From Prorocentrum cordatum (taxonomy: Eukaryota), in assembly GCA_963575745.1 (NCBI GenBank), contig CAUYUJ010000148.1:620001-667674 (forward strand): a stretch of 47,674 nt of DNA. Direction: 5' to 3'. A program made the translations under genes and the position numbers. How positions within the stretch are numbered: the stretch's first letter is position 1; each line of letters opens with the position of its first letter. The notes under the pieces were generated by a model. That model searched no databases. It saw only the letters and a program-made list of their open reading frames with translations, and was not told where the DNA came from. Of the stretch, positions 1 through 14,697 are shown piece after piece.

Positions 1-574
1 CATGACCATCAAAATCAGCATACATATCATCTGACTCGGTAGCATCGCCATCGTGATCATTAAAACCAGCAACATCGACATCATCAAAGTCAGCATCATT
101 GCCATTGCCATCAGGATCATCATGACCATCACCATCACAATCATCCTACCCCTCAGCATCGTCATCATCATCAGATCAGCATCATCGTCGTCATCATCAG
201 CAGCATCATGACCACCCTCATCCTCCCATCCTCCCCCCCTCATCACCAGCATCACCATCGACAGCAGCATCATCAGCAGCATCGTCATCATCAGCAGCAT
301 CAGCATCATCACCATCCACCATCATCAGTATCAACAACACTACGTTCATTATAGTAAGCATCTATATCATAGCAATCGCCAAACCATAAGAATCAGCATG
401 CTCAGCATCAGCACCAACATCGACGTCCTCAAGCTCATCGTTATCATCAACCTCATGCGCAACACAATTAGAAACTGCATCGTCATCGTCATCAACATCA
501 TCATCATCATCATCATCCTCATCAACACAACCATCATCATCATCATCAACATCATCATCAACATCATCATCATC

Positions 575-608
<34 letters not shown>

Positions 609-790
609 TCATGATCATCGTCAGCATCATCGTCATCATCGTCGTCGACGGCTTTACCGTCACCCCGACGATCATTTTGCTATCATCACCACCAACACCA
701 CCGTCACCATCAACACTATGTCACCATCTTCGTCATCACCGTGCCACCACAGCCACCACCGTCGTCATTACGGTCAACATCCGCATCAGC
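1..790. repeat. Degenerate (CAT/ATC)n trinucleotide microsatellite
   Basis: Near-continuous catcatcat/cagcat/caccat units; the overlapping poly-I/M/H/S ORFs are artefacts of the repeat. Confidence 0.95.
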
Positions 791-2482
791 ATCAATACAT
801 ACATATCAGAGGAAGACTCCCGTACTCCTCCGCCTCCTCCTCCTCCTCCTCCTCCTCCTCTTTCTCCTGTTCTGCCCCAGTCGCGCCCCATCCCTCCATC
901 GTGGACGCACAAACCCAGGTCAGCGCTGACCGGGGTCAGCCAAGGCCACGTCCCGACACCAGGCCAGCCACGAAGTGACTCGCAAACCTAGGCCAGCGAA
1001 AGGCGAGATGGGGGGAGTTGCCCCCACGCCGCTCCCAAAACCAGGTCATCATGCCAGAGGGGATCAGAGTGAATTGCCTGACCCCGTCAGCGCATCCCAG
1101 ACTCCATTCTTTTCTCAGGCGTTATCTGCAGGCGACCTTGACGCGCGCCATCTCGGCTGCTGGGGGGGTGGGGGGCAGCCCTGATCGGCGAGCTTACTCC
1201 GCGCAGCGCTGGGGACTTGAGCCCTGCGCGGTGCCGTAGTTGACGCCGCCGCCGCCGTCGCCGCTATCGTGGTCACCTGTATGGTCCTCATGTTTCGTGC
1301 TCCATGTCTTCCTCCTCCTTCTCCTCTTCCACCTCCGCCTCCGCCACCTCTGCCTCCGCACCCTCCCTCCCTCCCTCCCTCTTCCTTCGTTTCATCCACT
1401 TCTGCCTCCTTCATCGTCCTCCTCCTTCTCCGCCAGCTCCGCCTCCACATCCTCCTCTCATACTGCTAGGCTTCTTAAGCCACAACCCCTCTTCCGTACC
1501 TCCTCTGTCGCTTGGCCCGGCGTTCCGCTTGAGACTTCGTTGCCACTTACCATCCTGAAACTAACAACTCGAACACCTATACGGATGGTAGGCTTGTCAC
1601 TTTCAAAATAAGGTTCACGCCTTGAGCGCCGCGTGCATTCGCACAATGAGTTTGCAGCAGTTATAACGATGATGGGTCAGTCGATTTCAAACTGCGGCTA
1701 TCACCTTAGCGCCACGCACGCTCGTCTTTATCAACATGTGTACACATGCAAGGATGCAAATCCGTCCGTGTTCAAAATGGGGCTTCCGCCGGAGAATTCC
1801 TCAAACGGTGTTACCACGTGTAACACTGCGTATCAATTACACGGATGGAGGGCGCCTCCTTTTCAAAACAATGCTCTCGCTGGAGACTCTCGATGGTTTT
1901 TATAACGAGACGATCGAACTGTGCTCCCGTTACACGGATGGATGGAGGTTCCTTTTCGAAGCGGGCGTGTCGCTTGGCACTTCCTTGACCTTTACCCTCC
2001 AATACTGTCGCAGCTCTTACAGCTCGAATAATAGAGGCACCTTTCAAAAGGAGCTCCCGCCTCAACCGCAGGCCAATAGGACGTTAGTCTTTCACGAGAC
2101 ACGCTTCGCGCATTGAAAACAAATGCATGTACGGGATCATGACGAAGGACCCCACACGGGATATCACATTGCAGCACCGTTGGTACATGTAGGGTATGCT
2201 CTGGTCCGACCCTCCCTACTCATCATAACTCTGCTCTCCTCTTCCGGCTTGTGTCCTCCTTCCCCTCATTACATTACCCCTCGCGTTGATACTCTCATGA
2301 GTGCTATTACGACGAAATTTACGACCGACCTACTTACTGGATACCCACTACCGGCTACTGCTGCCCATTCCATGCTACGGCTGCAACTAATTCTGATGTG
2401 GCGAATGCCTACTACAATCTACGACGAAATACTTACTTATACGACCACCTCGGGTGATAAGAAAATCGGGGGGGGAACCACC

Positions 2483-2720
2483 GTATCACTCGATCGGTCT
2501 CACTATCGATCTCACTATCGGTCCCACTCGATCGATCTCACTCGATCGTTCTCACAATCGGTCTCACTCGGTCTATTTCATCCGATCGATCTAACAATCG
2601 ATCTGATTATCGATCTCACATTCGATATCACGATCGATCTCACAATCGATCTCAAAATCGATCTCACATTTGGTCTCACTATCGATCTCACTATCAATAC
2701 CACAATCGATCTCACAATCA
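2483..2720. repeat. 12-bp minisatellite (consensus ~ATCGATCTCACA/T)
   Basis: About 18-20 tandem degenerate copies of atcgatctcac(t/a). Confidence 0.9.
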
Positions 2721-3086
2721 ACGTCATCATCATCACCATCATCGTCGTCACCGTCATCAACATCAACATCATCATCATCAGCATCAGCATCAGCATCATC
2801 ATCAGCATCATCGGGACACCATCATCGCCATCACCTCATCACCATCATCATCAACATCATCATCACCATCATCATCATCGGGACACTATCATTGTCACCA
2901 TCATCATCATCATCACCATCATCATCATCAACATCATCATCATTATCGGGACACAATCATCATCATCGGAACACCACCAACACCATCACCATCAACATCA
3001 ACATCATCGGGACGCCATCAGCATCATCATCAGCAACATCACCATTATCAACATCATAATCATCGGGGCACCATCATCATCGTCAC

Positions 3087-3118
<32 letters not shown>

Positions 3119-3324
3119 CAATCATCATCATCATCGTCATCATCATCATCATTCCATCATTCGGACACCATCATCATCATCAACATCAACATCATCACCA
3201 TCATCATCATCACCGGGCCACCATCATCAAAATCAGCAGCATCACCTCATTATCATCCTCATCATCATCATCATCAACATCATCATCATCAGGACACCAT
3301 CATCGCCATCATCATCACCACCAC

Positions 3325-3364
<40 letters not shown>

Positions 3365-3809
3365 GGGACACCATCATCATCACCATCATCATCAACAGCA
3401 TCATCAACCTCATCATCATCACCGTGACATTATCATCATCATATTCTTCATCATCATCTCTTATCATCATCTCATCATGATCAACATCATCAGGATCATC
3501 AACATCATCATCATCGTCACCATCATCGGCACACCATCACCATCAGCAACATCAATATCATCAACATCATCATCGTCGGGACACCATCGTCACCACGACC
3601 ATCACCATCACCATCATCATCATCAACATCATCATCATCATCGTCGTCATCATCATCATCATCACAATCATCATCATCATCGTCATCATCATCATCATCA
3701 TTCGGACACCATCATCATCATCAACATCAGCATCATCACCATCATCATCATCACCGGGCCACCATCATCAAAATCAGCAGCATCACCTCATTATCATCAT
3801 CATCATCAC

Positions 3810-3876
<67 letters not shown>

Positions 3877-3931
3877 GGGACACCATCATCACCACCATCA
3901 CCATCACCATCATCATCGTCAACGTCATTAA

Positions 3932-3969
<38 letters not shown>

Positions 3970-3975
3970 CCATCA
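2720..3975. repeat. (CAT)n microsatellite array punctuated by CGGGACAC motifs, with an internal duplication
   Basis: Long CAT runs with recurring 'atcgggacaccatc'; the block 'ttcggacaccatc...caccgggccaccatcatcaaaatcagcagcatcacctcattatc' occurs at ~3160 and ~3700. Confidence 0.95.
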
Positions 3976-4152
3976 CCGGGACACCCGCGAGACACCGGCG
4001 GGACATCGGCGGGACACCGCGCGGCACCGGCCCCCGGAAAGGAAACAGTTGGTACAGCCGCGCCTCAGCCGGAGGCGGGACACCGGCGGGACACCGCGCG
4101 GCACGGGCCCCCGGAGAGGAACCATTTGGTCCAGCCGCGCCTCAGCCGGAGG
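3976..4152. repeat. GC-rich tandem dimer (~76-bp unit)
   Basis: 'gcgggacaccgcgcggcac..ggcccccgga.aggaa....ttggt.cagccgcgcctcagccggagg' occurs twice. Confidence 0.85.
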
Positions 4153-4410
4153 AGACTTTCTTCTCGCCCGCCCACGCAGCTTCGCCTCGCCCGCACGCAC
4201 GGCACGCACGAACACGAAACCGAAACTGATTTCCCGGTAGGGGAGCTCACCGTTCCACTTCGATCTCACCCCCTCACATCCGATACGTACTACGGCTACC
4301 TACTACTACCATCTAGTCTCTACCAGAGCTATACAGGTATCCGCCACCGTGCCTGCACGATGTGGGTTTGTTTGAGTGCTAGGGTTTTCTCACAAGGCTA
4401 TTTGAAAAAG

Positions 4411-4720
4411 AGGCCAAGATGGCGCCAAGACTACCCAAGATGGTCCTAAGGGGACCCAATATGGCCCCAAGACGGCCGGACGTGCCTCCAAAAAAAAACC
4501 TGAAAGGGCGACAAGAGAACGCAAACGGGGTTCGAAGAAACTACAGCTGTTAATTCCTCCAATGATTTTTAAACATGGTCGCCCACTCACCTTTTCGGCA
4601 TCCGTCCGATCAAAACGGCCCAAGGAGCCTGACGGCCCAAGAGGCTCACAAAATGGTCACACGATGGCTTAAGAAGACCCCGCGATGGCCCAAGAGGGAC
4701 GCAAGACGGTGCCACGACGG
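4411..4720 (+). repeat. CCAAGA(TGG)-rich interspersed repeat, related to the internal repeats of 25780-26493
   Basis: Repeated ccaagatgg/cccaagag/ccaagacgg units, as in the element at 25.8-26.5 kb. Confidence 0.55.
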
Positions 4721-7700
4721 CCCCCCTCCCCCCCTCCCCCCCCCACACACACACACACAAAAACACACACACACATACACACACACACACACACTCACTC
4801 ACACACACACAATTGTGCCGCCATTTCGGTTCCTAGGGCTGAGTTGCCCCCAACGGCTCACAATGCTCAGGCCCTCAGGTGGGCCCCCAGAAAAGCTCGG
4901 ACAGACTCCAAGACAGCATCCAATGTCTTAGATACATTAAAGATATCCTGGCCCTCGCGGGGGCCGTCTCACTGCCTTCTCGAGGCCCTGCGATTCACGA
5001 GATTCGAACTCTCAGGGCTCAGCGGGGCACCAAGAGGGGCTTCGCCAGACTCCAAGACAGCATCCAAGTTACCAAATAGATGTAAGAAGTCAAGCACCTC
5101 TCCGAGCCCCGGTGGGGCCCAGGTGGGAAACCGACTCATGATATCGTCATGGCCCCCCCTGGGCTCGCGCGCCCCTGCGGCAGGACATGCAGGGTGCCGA
5201 ATGTGGATTGGACGCACAGGCAAGCTGCGCTCTGATAGCGATCGCTGGCAGCGCACCGGCTGGGGCCTCAGCGATCGCTGGATAGCGATCTCTGGCAGCG
5301 GCGCTCAGTCGCCACGAGTCTTCCTGGTCTTTTTGAGAGCCATCTTCCACTTCTGGGCCCGATCTCGTCAACGGGTAAGGACATGCGCCTCCTGAGGCGC
5401 GAGCTTGAACCAATGCGTTCGTTCTGGACCAGCGCCCCATGATCGGCGCCAGTACCGATCCCGCCAAGTCCACGGGGATCATGTTGTTAGAATGGATGGT
5501 GCGTTGGTTCCTCGATGTAACATTGTTGCCCACTGAGGCCAAGTTCACGCCACAGGTTGCGGCCCGCTCCCTGACGTCGAGGAAGGGGCCACCCTCCAGC
5601 ACAGTGCTACTGTCGCACCCCCCCCCCAGTGAGAACGGGAACTCGTTCTTCGCGAACTGACGACCCGCGCCCGTACCCTGGCCCTTCACGTGAAGCACCG
5701 GTCGTGAAAGATATGCAGCGCTTCACCTTCGAAACAAGTAATCCTGCCCCTGGTGCACGCTTGACTTTCCACGCTTCGCCCCTCGTCCCGCTTGGCATGT
5801 GCTCCTTCCACCGCTTCGACACGAAAAGTTACACGTGCGCTTCCCCGCACGCTCGTCCACGCCTGCCATGCTCCCGACGCTCTCCAGGACGGCTCCCTTC
5901 GGTGGCCAAGCCCTGCTCCCTGCGCTCGCGCTCCCGAGGCCACCATTCATCAACTTCGCCGCGCTCGCGCGCCCGAGGCCGCGGTCCTCCGCAGCGTACG
6001 ACACGCTCGCGCTCGCGGTGCCACAAATCCCAGAACGCCTCGACGCGTACGTTGCGGTCGCGCTCCCGAGGCCACGAGCCCATCCCATGGACGCGCTGGA
6101 AAAGCCCCCGCTCGCCGAGAATTCAGCAACTTGCGTGCTCAAGGGGAAAAAAATGTGGATTCGAGTCCCGCTTTTCGCCAGCCTCATCGTCACCTCCTGA
6201 AACTTCGGCCCTGGACCCGAGGCCACGAACCCAATGAAGTAGTCAGGGATACGCTACCCGAAGCCACGAAACAACTTGCAGGGATACGCGTTCCCGGAGA
6301 CGCGAACCCTCGTGAATCACAACAGGAGCGCGCTCCCAAAGCCTAAGTACTACACATGCGCGTAACCAACCACCCAGCAACCAGCCAAAGCCAACTGCCA
6401 TCCATCGATTTAGAAACAAGGCAAATAAGCTGAGTTGCAGGACAACCGACCGACAAGCCAACAAACTAACCAACCGGACAAGCGTAGTCATGCAAACATT
6501 CAGAGGGGGCCGGCGGCAGAGGGCGAAGCCCTTCAGATCGGGAGGGGTGGTAGAGGGGAAAAAGGATGAGCAAGAGGACGAAGAGGAAAAGGAGGAAACA
6601 GAGCAAGAGGAGAACGAGGAAGGTTGAAGGCGAGGGGGTGAAGAAGGAAGAGGCGGCGGGGAGGTGGCACAGAGGAACAGGGCGATGACAATGAGGAAGA
6701 GGAGGATGCAGAAGAACAAGTAGATGTCAACGTAGGAAGAGGGAGAGGCCGAGGGGAGGAAGATGAGGAGCGGCTGGAACGCCTGCCCCGCCGTGTCCCC
6801 CGCGAAACGGTGTGCATCAGCGCAGCACTGTGCAGGCTTCCCCTGGCGCCTCCTCGCCACGCTCCACGCAAACCAGAATCCTCAAACGCCAAGGTCGGCT
6901 TCTCGCCCACGCGCGGGGGGTCGCAAGGGGAGAGCGGGGCTGGAGGGCGGACTCGAGCAATGTCGCTCTGGACGGCCCCTGGATGCGTACCCATCGGTCG
7001 TAAGAAGCAGGTTGAAACATGAAGTAGGAAGGCGTTGAAATAGATTGGGTGTCCGCCCCCCCCCCCAAAGAGGACGGAAAAGGTGAAGCCAATCGATCAT
7101 CGAAGTGGGAAGGCGCTAAAGTAGATTGGAATATGGACATCCAAAAAATACCTACTCTCAACGACCGATGGGAAACTGTGGGCCGCCAGCTGGGCTCGCT
7201 TCCTGACCAAACCTTGGGGTACCCCCCCCCCATCTACGAATCCCCGACGTCCCTCCAGCATGCGGCCGCGCATCCAACTGGGCGGCGGCGCATTTGCGAC
7301 GACGCTGCCAATACGATGACCCACCACTCGCCTCTTTTACAGGGTGCGCCCGCGCCGCTGCTACAGAGAGATGTCATAACAATGACAATCCAACCAGAGC
7401 ACCTCATACTCCTCCTCCACCTGCTCTTCCCCTTCCCTCCACCGAACATCCCCCTCTTCCTCCCTCTTCTGCTCCTCCCTCCTCCCCGTCCTCCTCCTCC
7501 TCCTCACCCTCCAACTTCCCTCCGTCCCTCCTCAATCCTGACAGTCTCCATCCTCTTCATCCAGGATCCATCCGTCCTCCTCTTCTTCTGTCCCTTCCTC
7601 GTTCTCCCTACTTCTCCCCCCCTCTTCCCCCCCTCCTTCATTCCCACGGTGGCAGAGAATGTGTATCAAAGAACGCGAGATTACCATGCAAACAACGACC

Positions 7701-10700
7701 CGTATAGAACTCTTCCCACTACAAACAAAAAAACTGGTGATATTACTCCAGTGCCAGCGCCCTCGTAGCAGGCAGGACGACGGAGAAGACAAAGGCCGAA
7801 CCAAAGTCAAAAGCAGTGATGACGACGGGAACCCCGAAACAAAGCGGGATGAGAGACAAAATGCCGAAAAGAAAACTGAAACATGAGAAGGAACATAACG
7901 AAACGGGAGGAAGGGGCAAAGTTGGAGCTACCAAAGGCCAAAAACGCAAAGTGGGAGGATACGGTTCTGACCCTGGAAGCAATGCAAAAAACAGACCCGA
8001 TGCGCGGCAAGGGCCCCATGACGCAGGAGCGAAGCCTGTAAAACCCCTCGGGGTAGGGAAAAGCCAAGCTCAAAGACAAGAGAGACAGGCACCTGCTGAG
8101 CTCCCCAAGAAGCAAAGCATCAAATAACAACGACACCCTGCCGCAGCGGGAAAACAAACAACACGAGACATCGAGAAAAGCCCCGAGACCGAAGCTGGCC
8201 AGGACAACAGAAGCAGCACATTCCTCGAGCTCCCAGACGGCGGGAGTAATTATGACTCTCTGAAGGTAGCCCAATATCTTGTCATCGAGTTGGTGACGCG
8301 CATGAGGAGATTACCCATCGGTCGGAAGAAGTAGGTAGAAACATGAGGTAGGAAGGCGGATAAGGTAGAGTGGGGTTCGGGCCCGCCTGGAGAATCACAA
8401 ATCGGCTCTTGAAGTAGATTGGATCGGTCCTTGAAGTAAAAGGCGCTTGAAGTAGATTGGAATCTGGGACTACAAAAACACCTACCTTCAAAGACTGCTG
8501 GGTACGGCTGCCGTTGGGAACATAGCATGCGACACCGATCTCGGAAAAGCACGCGTTCCCTCTTCTGTGCACGCCATCCCTATGCCAGGGCGTCTTCGGT
8601 GCACGCTATTAGAGGGCAAAAACTCCACATCCAAAATAACCACACCGACTCGCGAAGCCGTTTACTAGAAGCCCCCATTGAAAGAATCGAACAGGGCATG
8701 GCTGTGAAGTAAACGCAAAGGGCCGTTTAGTGAACGCCAATTGTCTGGTCCGGATGGCTGTTCCTCCCCGGAGCTGTCCCCAAGGTGGGGGACAGCGTGT
8801 CATGAGGGCGCTGGCGGCGCCACAGCGCACGCCATCTGTCCCACGCCAAGGAGAGGAAGCACAAGGACTTCGACCTCGAGGGGAAGGAGGAGGAGGAGGA
8901 GGAGGAGGAGGAGGAGGAGGAGGAGGAGGAAAAGGAGGAGGAAAAGGAGGAGGAGGAGAAGGAAGGAGGAGGAGGAGGAGGAAGGAGGAGGAAGGAGGAG
9001 GAGGAGGACGAGGGCACGAAAAAAGTGAGCCGGCAACGCGCCTGTGCACACGCCCCAAACCCGCCACGCGAGCCCAACATCTGCGGGAGCAACGCGTCCT
9101 CCTCTGCCGCGTCCGCCCTCCTCCTGTCCTCCTCTCTCTCCTCCTCCTCCTCCTCCTCCACCACCACCACCTCTTCATCCTCCCTCCCTGCCCACCTCTA
9201 TGATTATCCCCCCTTCTGTTCCTCCCTCCTCCAGCCTTCCCCCTCCCTTCTTCCTCCTTTAATCTCTCCCCCCTCTTCTGCACCTCACCCCCATGCTTTT
9301 CCACTCTTGTCCTCTCGGTAAGGGTTCAGGGCTTACTGATATCTGATGTCCCTCGGCTCACGCTGGAGCTTATACGATGTCTCAAGAATGATCTGGTTAT
9401 CTCTGGATGTACATCGTTACATATGGATGCGACTTCGATGTGCGTAATGAGATATACATCGCAGGTGAGCCAGACGCGGCCAAAAGGGGGGCCACGAAGA
9501 GGGGTGTTGGCGCATCGTGGACCGAGGCATGTGCGCGGACAAAGGGGGGGTCGGGAGACCTACTGTCACAGCCCGGGCCAGGACATCTACACATCTCCAA
9601 TCCCCAAAGGCCTGGGCCCCTTCCTGGGGACTGGCTTGTCATCCTGAGTCGTTGTTTGACGGTGCCGAGGCCTGGCAAAGGCCCCTGGAGGCCGAAAAAC
9701 AACAAAAGACCTTCGGCATGCTTGTTTCGCGACGCTGAGGTGGTCTGGGGCCCCACCTTGGATGTCACCCCGGGTCCTCCCCCGCTTGAACGCCCCCGAA
9801 GGTCAAGAACAACCAAGAGGGGGGCGTCCAAGAGGGGCGTGCAAATCATGGCCGGCGGCATGTGTGCGGCCCAAGGGGGGGGGGCGGCGACGTAATGAAA
9901 TACGAAGAGGCGCCCCGAAATCTGAGGAAATATCGTGGCCCACGCCATGATATCGACTCCCCCCCGGTCATCACCCCCCTCTTGGCCGCCCCCTGAGGAG
10001 GAGAAGCACAGCGGCAGGGGCGAGGGGCAACGAGAAGGGGCGGGACTGGCACGGGAGGGGACGCATCGACCTGGAATCGGCGCTACATCGCCGACAGATC
10101 GGCGACAGGCCCCCGACAGTGAACCCGCACGTTGAGGGGCAGGTTGGGGCTATCGGTCCCTTATTGGCGATCCATTGTTGAGCAGGGAGCGACCATCCTG
10201 GCATTCCTATTGCCCTACCCCGAAATGTTCTTAGAACCCGAAAATATTCTAAGAACAAAACCAACGTTCTTTTTTAAAATGAAAATAAATAAGCCCGATG
10301 TGATACAACAAGAAAGCCTCCGCCAATAATGTTCCAAGAACATTTCGTAGAGACCACAGAAGGTGTGTTAGAACATTGTTTGGTAAGGCTATAAGCGAGC
10401 CGGGACGCTTCGTCACTGCTTGAAATTGAGCGACGATCAAAAAAGAGTCTTACGCGAGATGACGCAGCGACCTCACGCGGTGGCTTACGCGAGGCACCAG
10501 CGCGGCAAGTCTCAATGGTGACGAGGGCGCTTACGCGAGACCTTACGCGAGCAGCTTGGGCGCAAATGCCGGCGCAATCGAACCCGTTTTTTGGGTCGCT
10601 CAGTTGGCGATTGGGGAGCGATGCATCTCCCCATGAGCCTATCCCCCCCTGTCGCTGCCCCTGGAGAGGAGGGCGCGGAGGCCGCCAGGCTCCGCCGGCG

Positions 10701-12759
10701 TCCTACAAGCCCACCAAATTCGAGGCGCCTATCATCCCGGCTCGTCCGTCGTTCGCGCGCCACACCTGTTGGGCGAGGGGCACGGCGAAGACCCCCGAGC
10801 GCTGTGGGAATAAGCGCGGCGGGAGGTTTCTCTCGCCATGTTCGGCCTCGTGGGTGCCCTCAGCGGGCCTCGGGGCTGTGAGAAACAAACCTTGGGGGTC
10901 CCAAGACCGTGTGGTGACGAACCCGGCGGCGACCTCGAAATCCGCAAAGACCTCACCGCAGGGTCCGTCACCACACGGTTTTGAGACCTCGGATGCCCCA
11001 ATCGCCCGAGACATCCTCGGAGAACGACCCGAGTCCCAACACCGTGCGGTGACCCCGAATCCTCACCGACTCACCGGAAGGTGTGGTGACCTCCCCATCT
11101 GGGGGCCCCCGAAAATCAGGATGAAAAGTCGGCCCCCCGTCCTGAGAAAAGCACGACGTCGAGGCTCTGGGGAGGAGGGTGGCGCGAGGGGCGGCGGCCG
11201 TCCAACAAGCCTCGAGGGCTTCTCAAAGAAGCCGGGGGCCCTCTCGAAGGGCCGGGGAGGCTTCCGAGGTGCCTTCTCCGAAGCTGGAAGGCCCTTCTTA
11301 GGCCCCCCGTCTTCTGGAAGAGCCTCCCCCCCGCCATCTCAGCAAGCCGCCCCCCACGCGCGCCCCCCGCCCCCCTCCCCCCCGTGCGCGCCGCGAACCG
11401 AGGAAACCGAAAAGGTACCGCTGCTCCCGGGACCTCTCCTGGAGTGCACGCTGACCAGAATTGCGAGGAGGAGGAGGAGGAGGAAGAGGAGAAGCCGCGA
11501 AACGAGGGAACCGAAAGGACACCGTACTCGAGGGAGCGCCCAAGAGAGGCGCCTCTCCGAGGCCGGGAGGGCCTCTCCGCGCAGGCCCCCGCCCTCCCGG
11601 AGGCCCTCTGGGCTCCTTCCCGGGAGGCCGCTCCCCTCGCCACGACTCGAGCAGCGGCACGGCAGCAGCGTCGCCCCCGAGGTGCGACGACGCCGGGAAG
11701 CCACACCCTCACAGAGCCGGGACGCCGGGTGCGACGACGCCGGGAAGCTGCACAATCACAGAAGGCACGGCCGGAGCCCCCGAGCCCGCCGGACCCGAGC
11801 CGGATGGATCGGCGAAGGTCCCGAGGCTCGAAGCCGGACGAAGGATTCCCCTGTGGACCGCTGCTCTGCGCGGGTCGAGCCAGGCGAAGACGCCCAGTGT
11901 GCGACACCAAGATCTCTGGTTTTTCAAGGGGACCAGGGACACACAAATAGATACACACAAATCCCAGGATTCCCCATATTTCCCTACACTTCCTGGGTTT
12001 TTGTCCCCCCCCCACTGCCAATCTTTTCCCACATTTCCGGAGAATCGACGATTAATTGTGTCTGTGTGTTGCTTCCCCTCCTGAGTTTTGCGCGCTGCAG
12101 TACCTTCTCCTTGTCCCACACGTCGACGCCGTGGGACCTGAGGTCGTTCCGGATGGCGTCCGCGGCCTGCCGAAGGGCAGCGCTCAGGGGGACGACCAGC
12201 TCGGGGGAGGAGCAGCGGCCCTGGACTCGGCGTTGCATCGCCGATGGATCGGCGGTGGAGAGAGGGAACAGCAATCCGCAGAACAAAAAACAGTCGGAGC
12301 TCTGCGCGAATTTCTTGTATTATTGGAGCTCATCCCTGGCGCGCGGAGCGCGCCAGAAGGCCAGCGACGACCCAAGAAGTCCGCGCAAAGCTCCAAACGT
12401 TTCAGCGCGTTTGCGTCACTTATTTGTCTTCATATTTTCATTGTGATTATTGCTATCATTATTGACACTCTTACAACATGTCTTATTTATTCGTAGTATC
12501 AGTCTGCTTCTTCTTGTAATTATACTATTCTGATTCGCATGAGTATGCTTAGTCTGATTTTATTATTCCTCGAGATAGGCGACCCTGCAAGGACGTGGCG
12601 GGCTGGGCCTGTCAGCCCACCTCCAGCGACCCATGGGCGATTGGGGGACGCTGCATCCCCCCCATCGGTGGTTCAGAGGTGGGGCCCTGAGAGGTGGGGT
12701 CCTGAGGGATGGGGTTCTGAGGGGTGGGGTCCTGAGGGATGTGGTGGGTTCGAAGGTGG

Positions 12760-13490
12760 GGTCCTGAGGATAGGCAGGGATCCGAGGGTGAATGTGCGTC
12801 GTGTGAAGCACCTCGCCCTCAGGACCCCAGCCCATCCCTCAGGACCCCGTCTTTGAGGGCGTTTCTGTATTTTCGGCGATAGTGGGCATTAAAGGTGGGG
12901 GGGAGGGGCCAGGGGGGGGTATAATGTCACGCCTCCCCCCGCCGTGCGCACGGCGGCAGTGCCCAGAGCGCACTGGGGGGGACGGGCGTTACGTTTCGCG
13001 GGGGGGCCTGGGGCTGTAACGCCGGGGGTGACATTATAGGGGGGGCCTGAGGATAGGAAGCTGGGCGAAGGCTGGAAAATCCGTGGCTGCTAAAACGGTC
13101 TCCCCAGAAGAACAAAACAAATTCCCAGAAAAAAAGCTCAACGCACTAAGTGCTGAACAGGCGACTTCCCGAAACTGGGTTTTAGCAGCCACGGGTTTGC
13201 CAGCCTTCGCCCGGCTTCTGATGAGGATCGCAAGGGACCCAAGGGTGAATTTGCGTCGTTTGAGGCACCTCGCTCTTGGGAGCCCCATCCCTCGGGGCCC
13301 CATCTTGAGCGTGTGTCTTCATTTTCGGGGATAGTGGGCATTATAGGGGGGGGAGGAGGCGCCAGGGGGGGGGTATAATGTCACGCCTCCCCCCCCCCGC
13401 CGTGCGCACGGCGGCAGTGCCCGGAGCGCACTGGGGGGGGGAGGGGCGTTACGTTACAAGGGAGGGCCGGGGGCTGCAATGCCCATCATG
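12760..13490. repeat. Diverged tandem duplication (~450-bp offset) with hairpin motifs; the second copy is interrupted by a MITE
   Basis: 'gatagtgggcatt...ggggtataatgtcacgcctcccc..gccgtgcgcacggcggcagtgccc.gagcgcactggg' occurs at ~12878 and ~13330; both copies contain the palindrome gccgtgcgcacggc. Confidence 0.8.
13054..13221. mobile_element. MITE-like element, copy 1 (40-bp TIRs)
   Basis: 13057-13096 (gaagctgggcgaaggctggaaaatccgtggctgctaaaac) matches the reverse complement of 13179-13218 at 37/40 positions; TGAGGA on both flanks is a possible TSD. Confidence 0.8.
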
Positions 13491-14697
13491 TCCCAAGCAC
13501 TAAGGAAACACGCTCCAGGGCCCCATCTCTGAAGCACCGACCCCCCCTGAGCCTATCACCTACCCGGTGGTTTCGAGGTCCTAGCTCGGGCCTCCGGCCG
13601 CCGTTCGGGACGAGATCTCGGCACCCCCGCGGATGCCTCGCGGCGGAGCTCAGCTGCTAGACAGAGCCTCTCGGAGCGGGAGAACCGCTGGCAACCGACG
13701 AAGAAACGCCCGCAAAGCTCAAACCTCGTCGAAGCCGAAACGTCCCCCCTGACCCCATCCTTCGGTGGAAACCCATGGGAGGCTCCCATACCATCTTGTT
13801 GGCTCTTGCAAGCTAATCGACACTGAATCGACACGAATCGTCACGAATCGGCGCCTTCCCACCGACTACCAAGCGCTAATCGACACTGATGCTCTCTACA
13901 TAATTACGAGGGTACACAAGGCTCTCATGATTTGCTGCCGAACCCTCTCTCCCAACTGGGCACAGTTCACCCCTCTTGAGAGGCAAACGTATCGGGGGGA
14001 CCATTTCAGGGGGGAATTATCGACCTGGAATCGGCGATATCGGCGATAGACCCCCGATAGCGAATCCGCACGCTCCTGGACGGGGTGGGCTGTCCGGCCC
14101 CTAGTGGCGGCCAATGGGCGATTGGGGGTCGATGCATCCCCCCCTGAGCCTATCCCTCCCGTATCTTATGTTGCTCCCATCGTGCTTAAGGACCACATCC
14201 CAGAAATGACTTTGAGCACCCGGACAAGTGTCGAAAGAGTGTCCAAACAGTGTCGGACGAAGGCCTCCCAGGGCCCGACACGTGAACACCCCCCTCGAGT
14301 GGGTGGGAACGTTCTTGGTGCTCGAAATTCTTTCTCGTGACCAAGGCTGAAGTAGGTTGGAACTACACCCTGCGAAATGCTTAAGAAATCATGGGTTCAG
14401 AAACTCATAGTCTCAGACATTAAGTAAAACCCAGAACTTCTATCAAAATCTTGGGGTTTACATTGGAAAGTTAAGAATAATCGAGACTCTGGCCGAAACC
14501 ATAAGTTGTCTTGAGCATCGCCTAGGGTGTACCCCGTATCGCTGCCCCCAATCCCTGACGTTGCCCCCCGGCGCCTGCCAGTCGTGGCGGTCCCTGGCGC
14601 TCTCGCGCCCCGCCACCAGCGCCACGATGGCGGCGTCCGTGAGCGTCGCGGCCGAGGGCGAGGAGGTCACGGCCGAGCTCAGCCCTGCGGGCAGGGG

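Noticed and set aside
367..4269. Long ORFs rich in I/H/S/M (e.g. 2123-3427)
   Set aside because: They are translations of (CAT)n and 12-bp repeats, which lack stops in several frames.
7816..8127. Lys/Gly-rich 103-aa ORF, considered as a gag-like or basic protein
   Set aside because: It has no zinc knuckle, SL relic or codon bias; purine-rich composition explains it.
10515..12446. 643-aa ORF
   Set aside because: It is an R/P/G/S-rich GC-driven open frame that crosses repeats and GGA tracts, with no recognisable domain.
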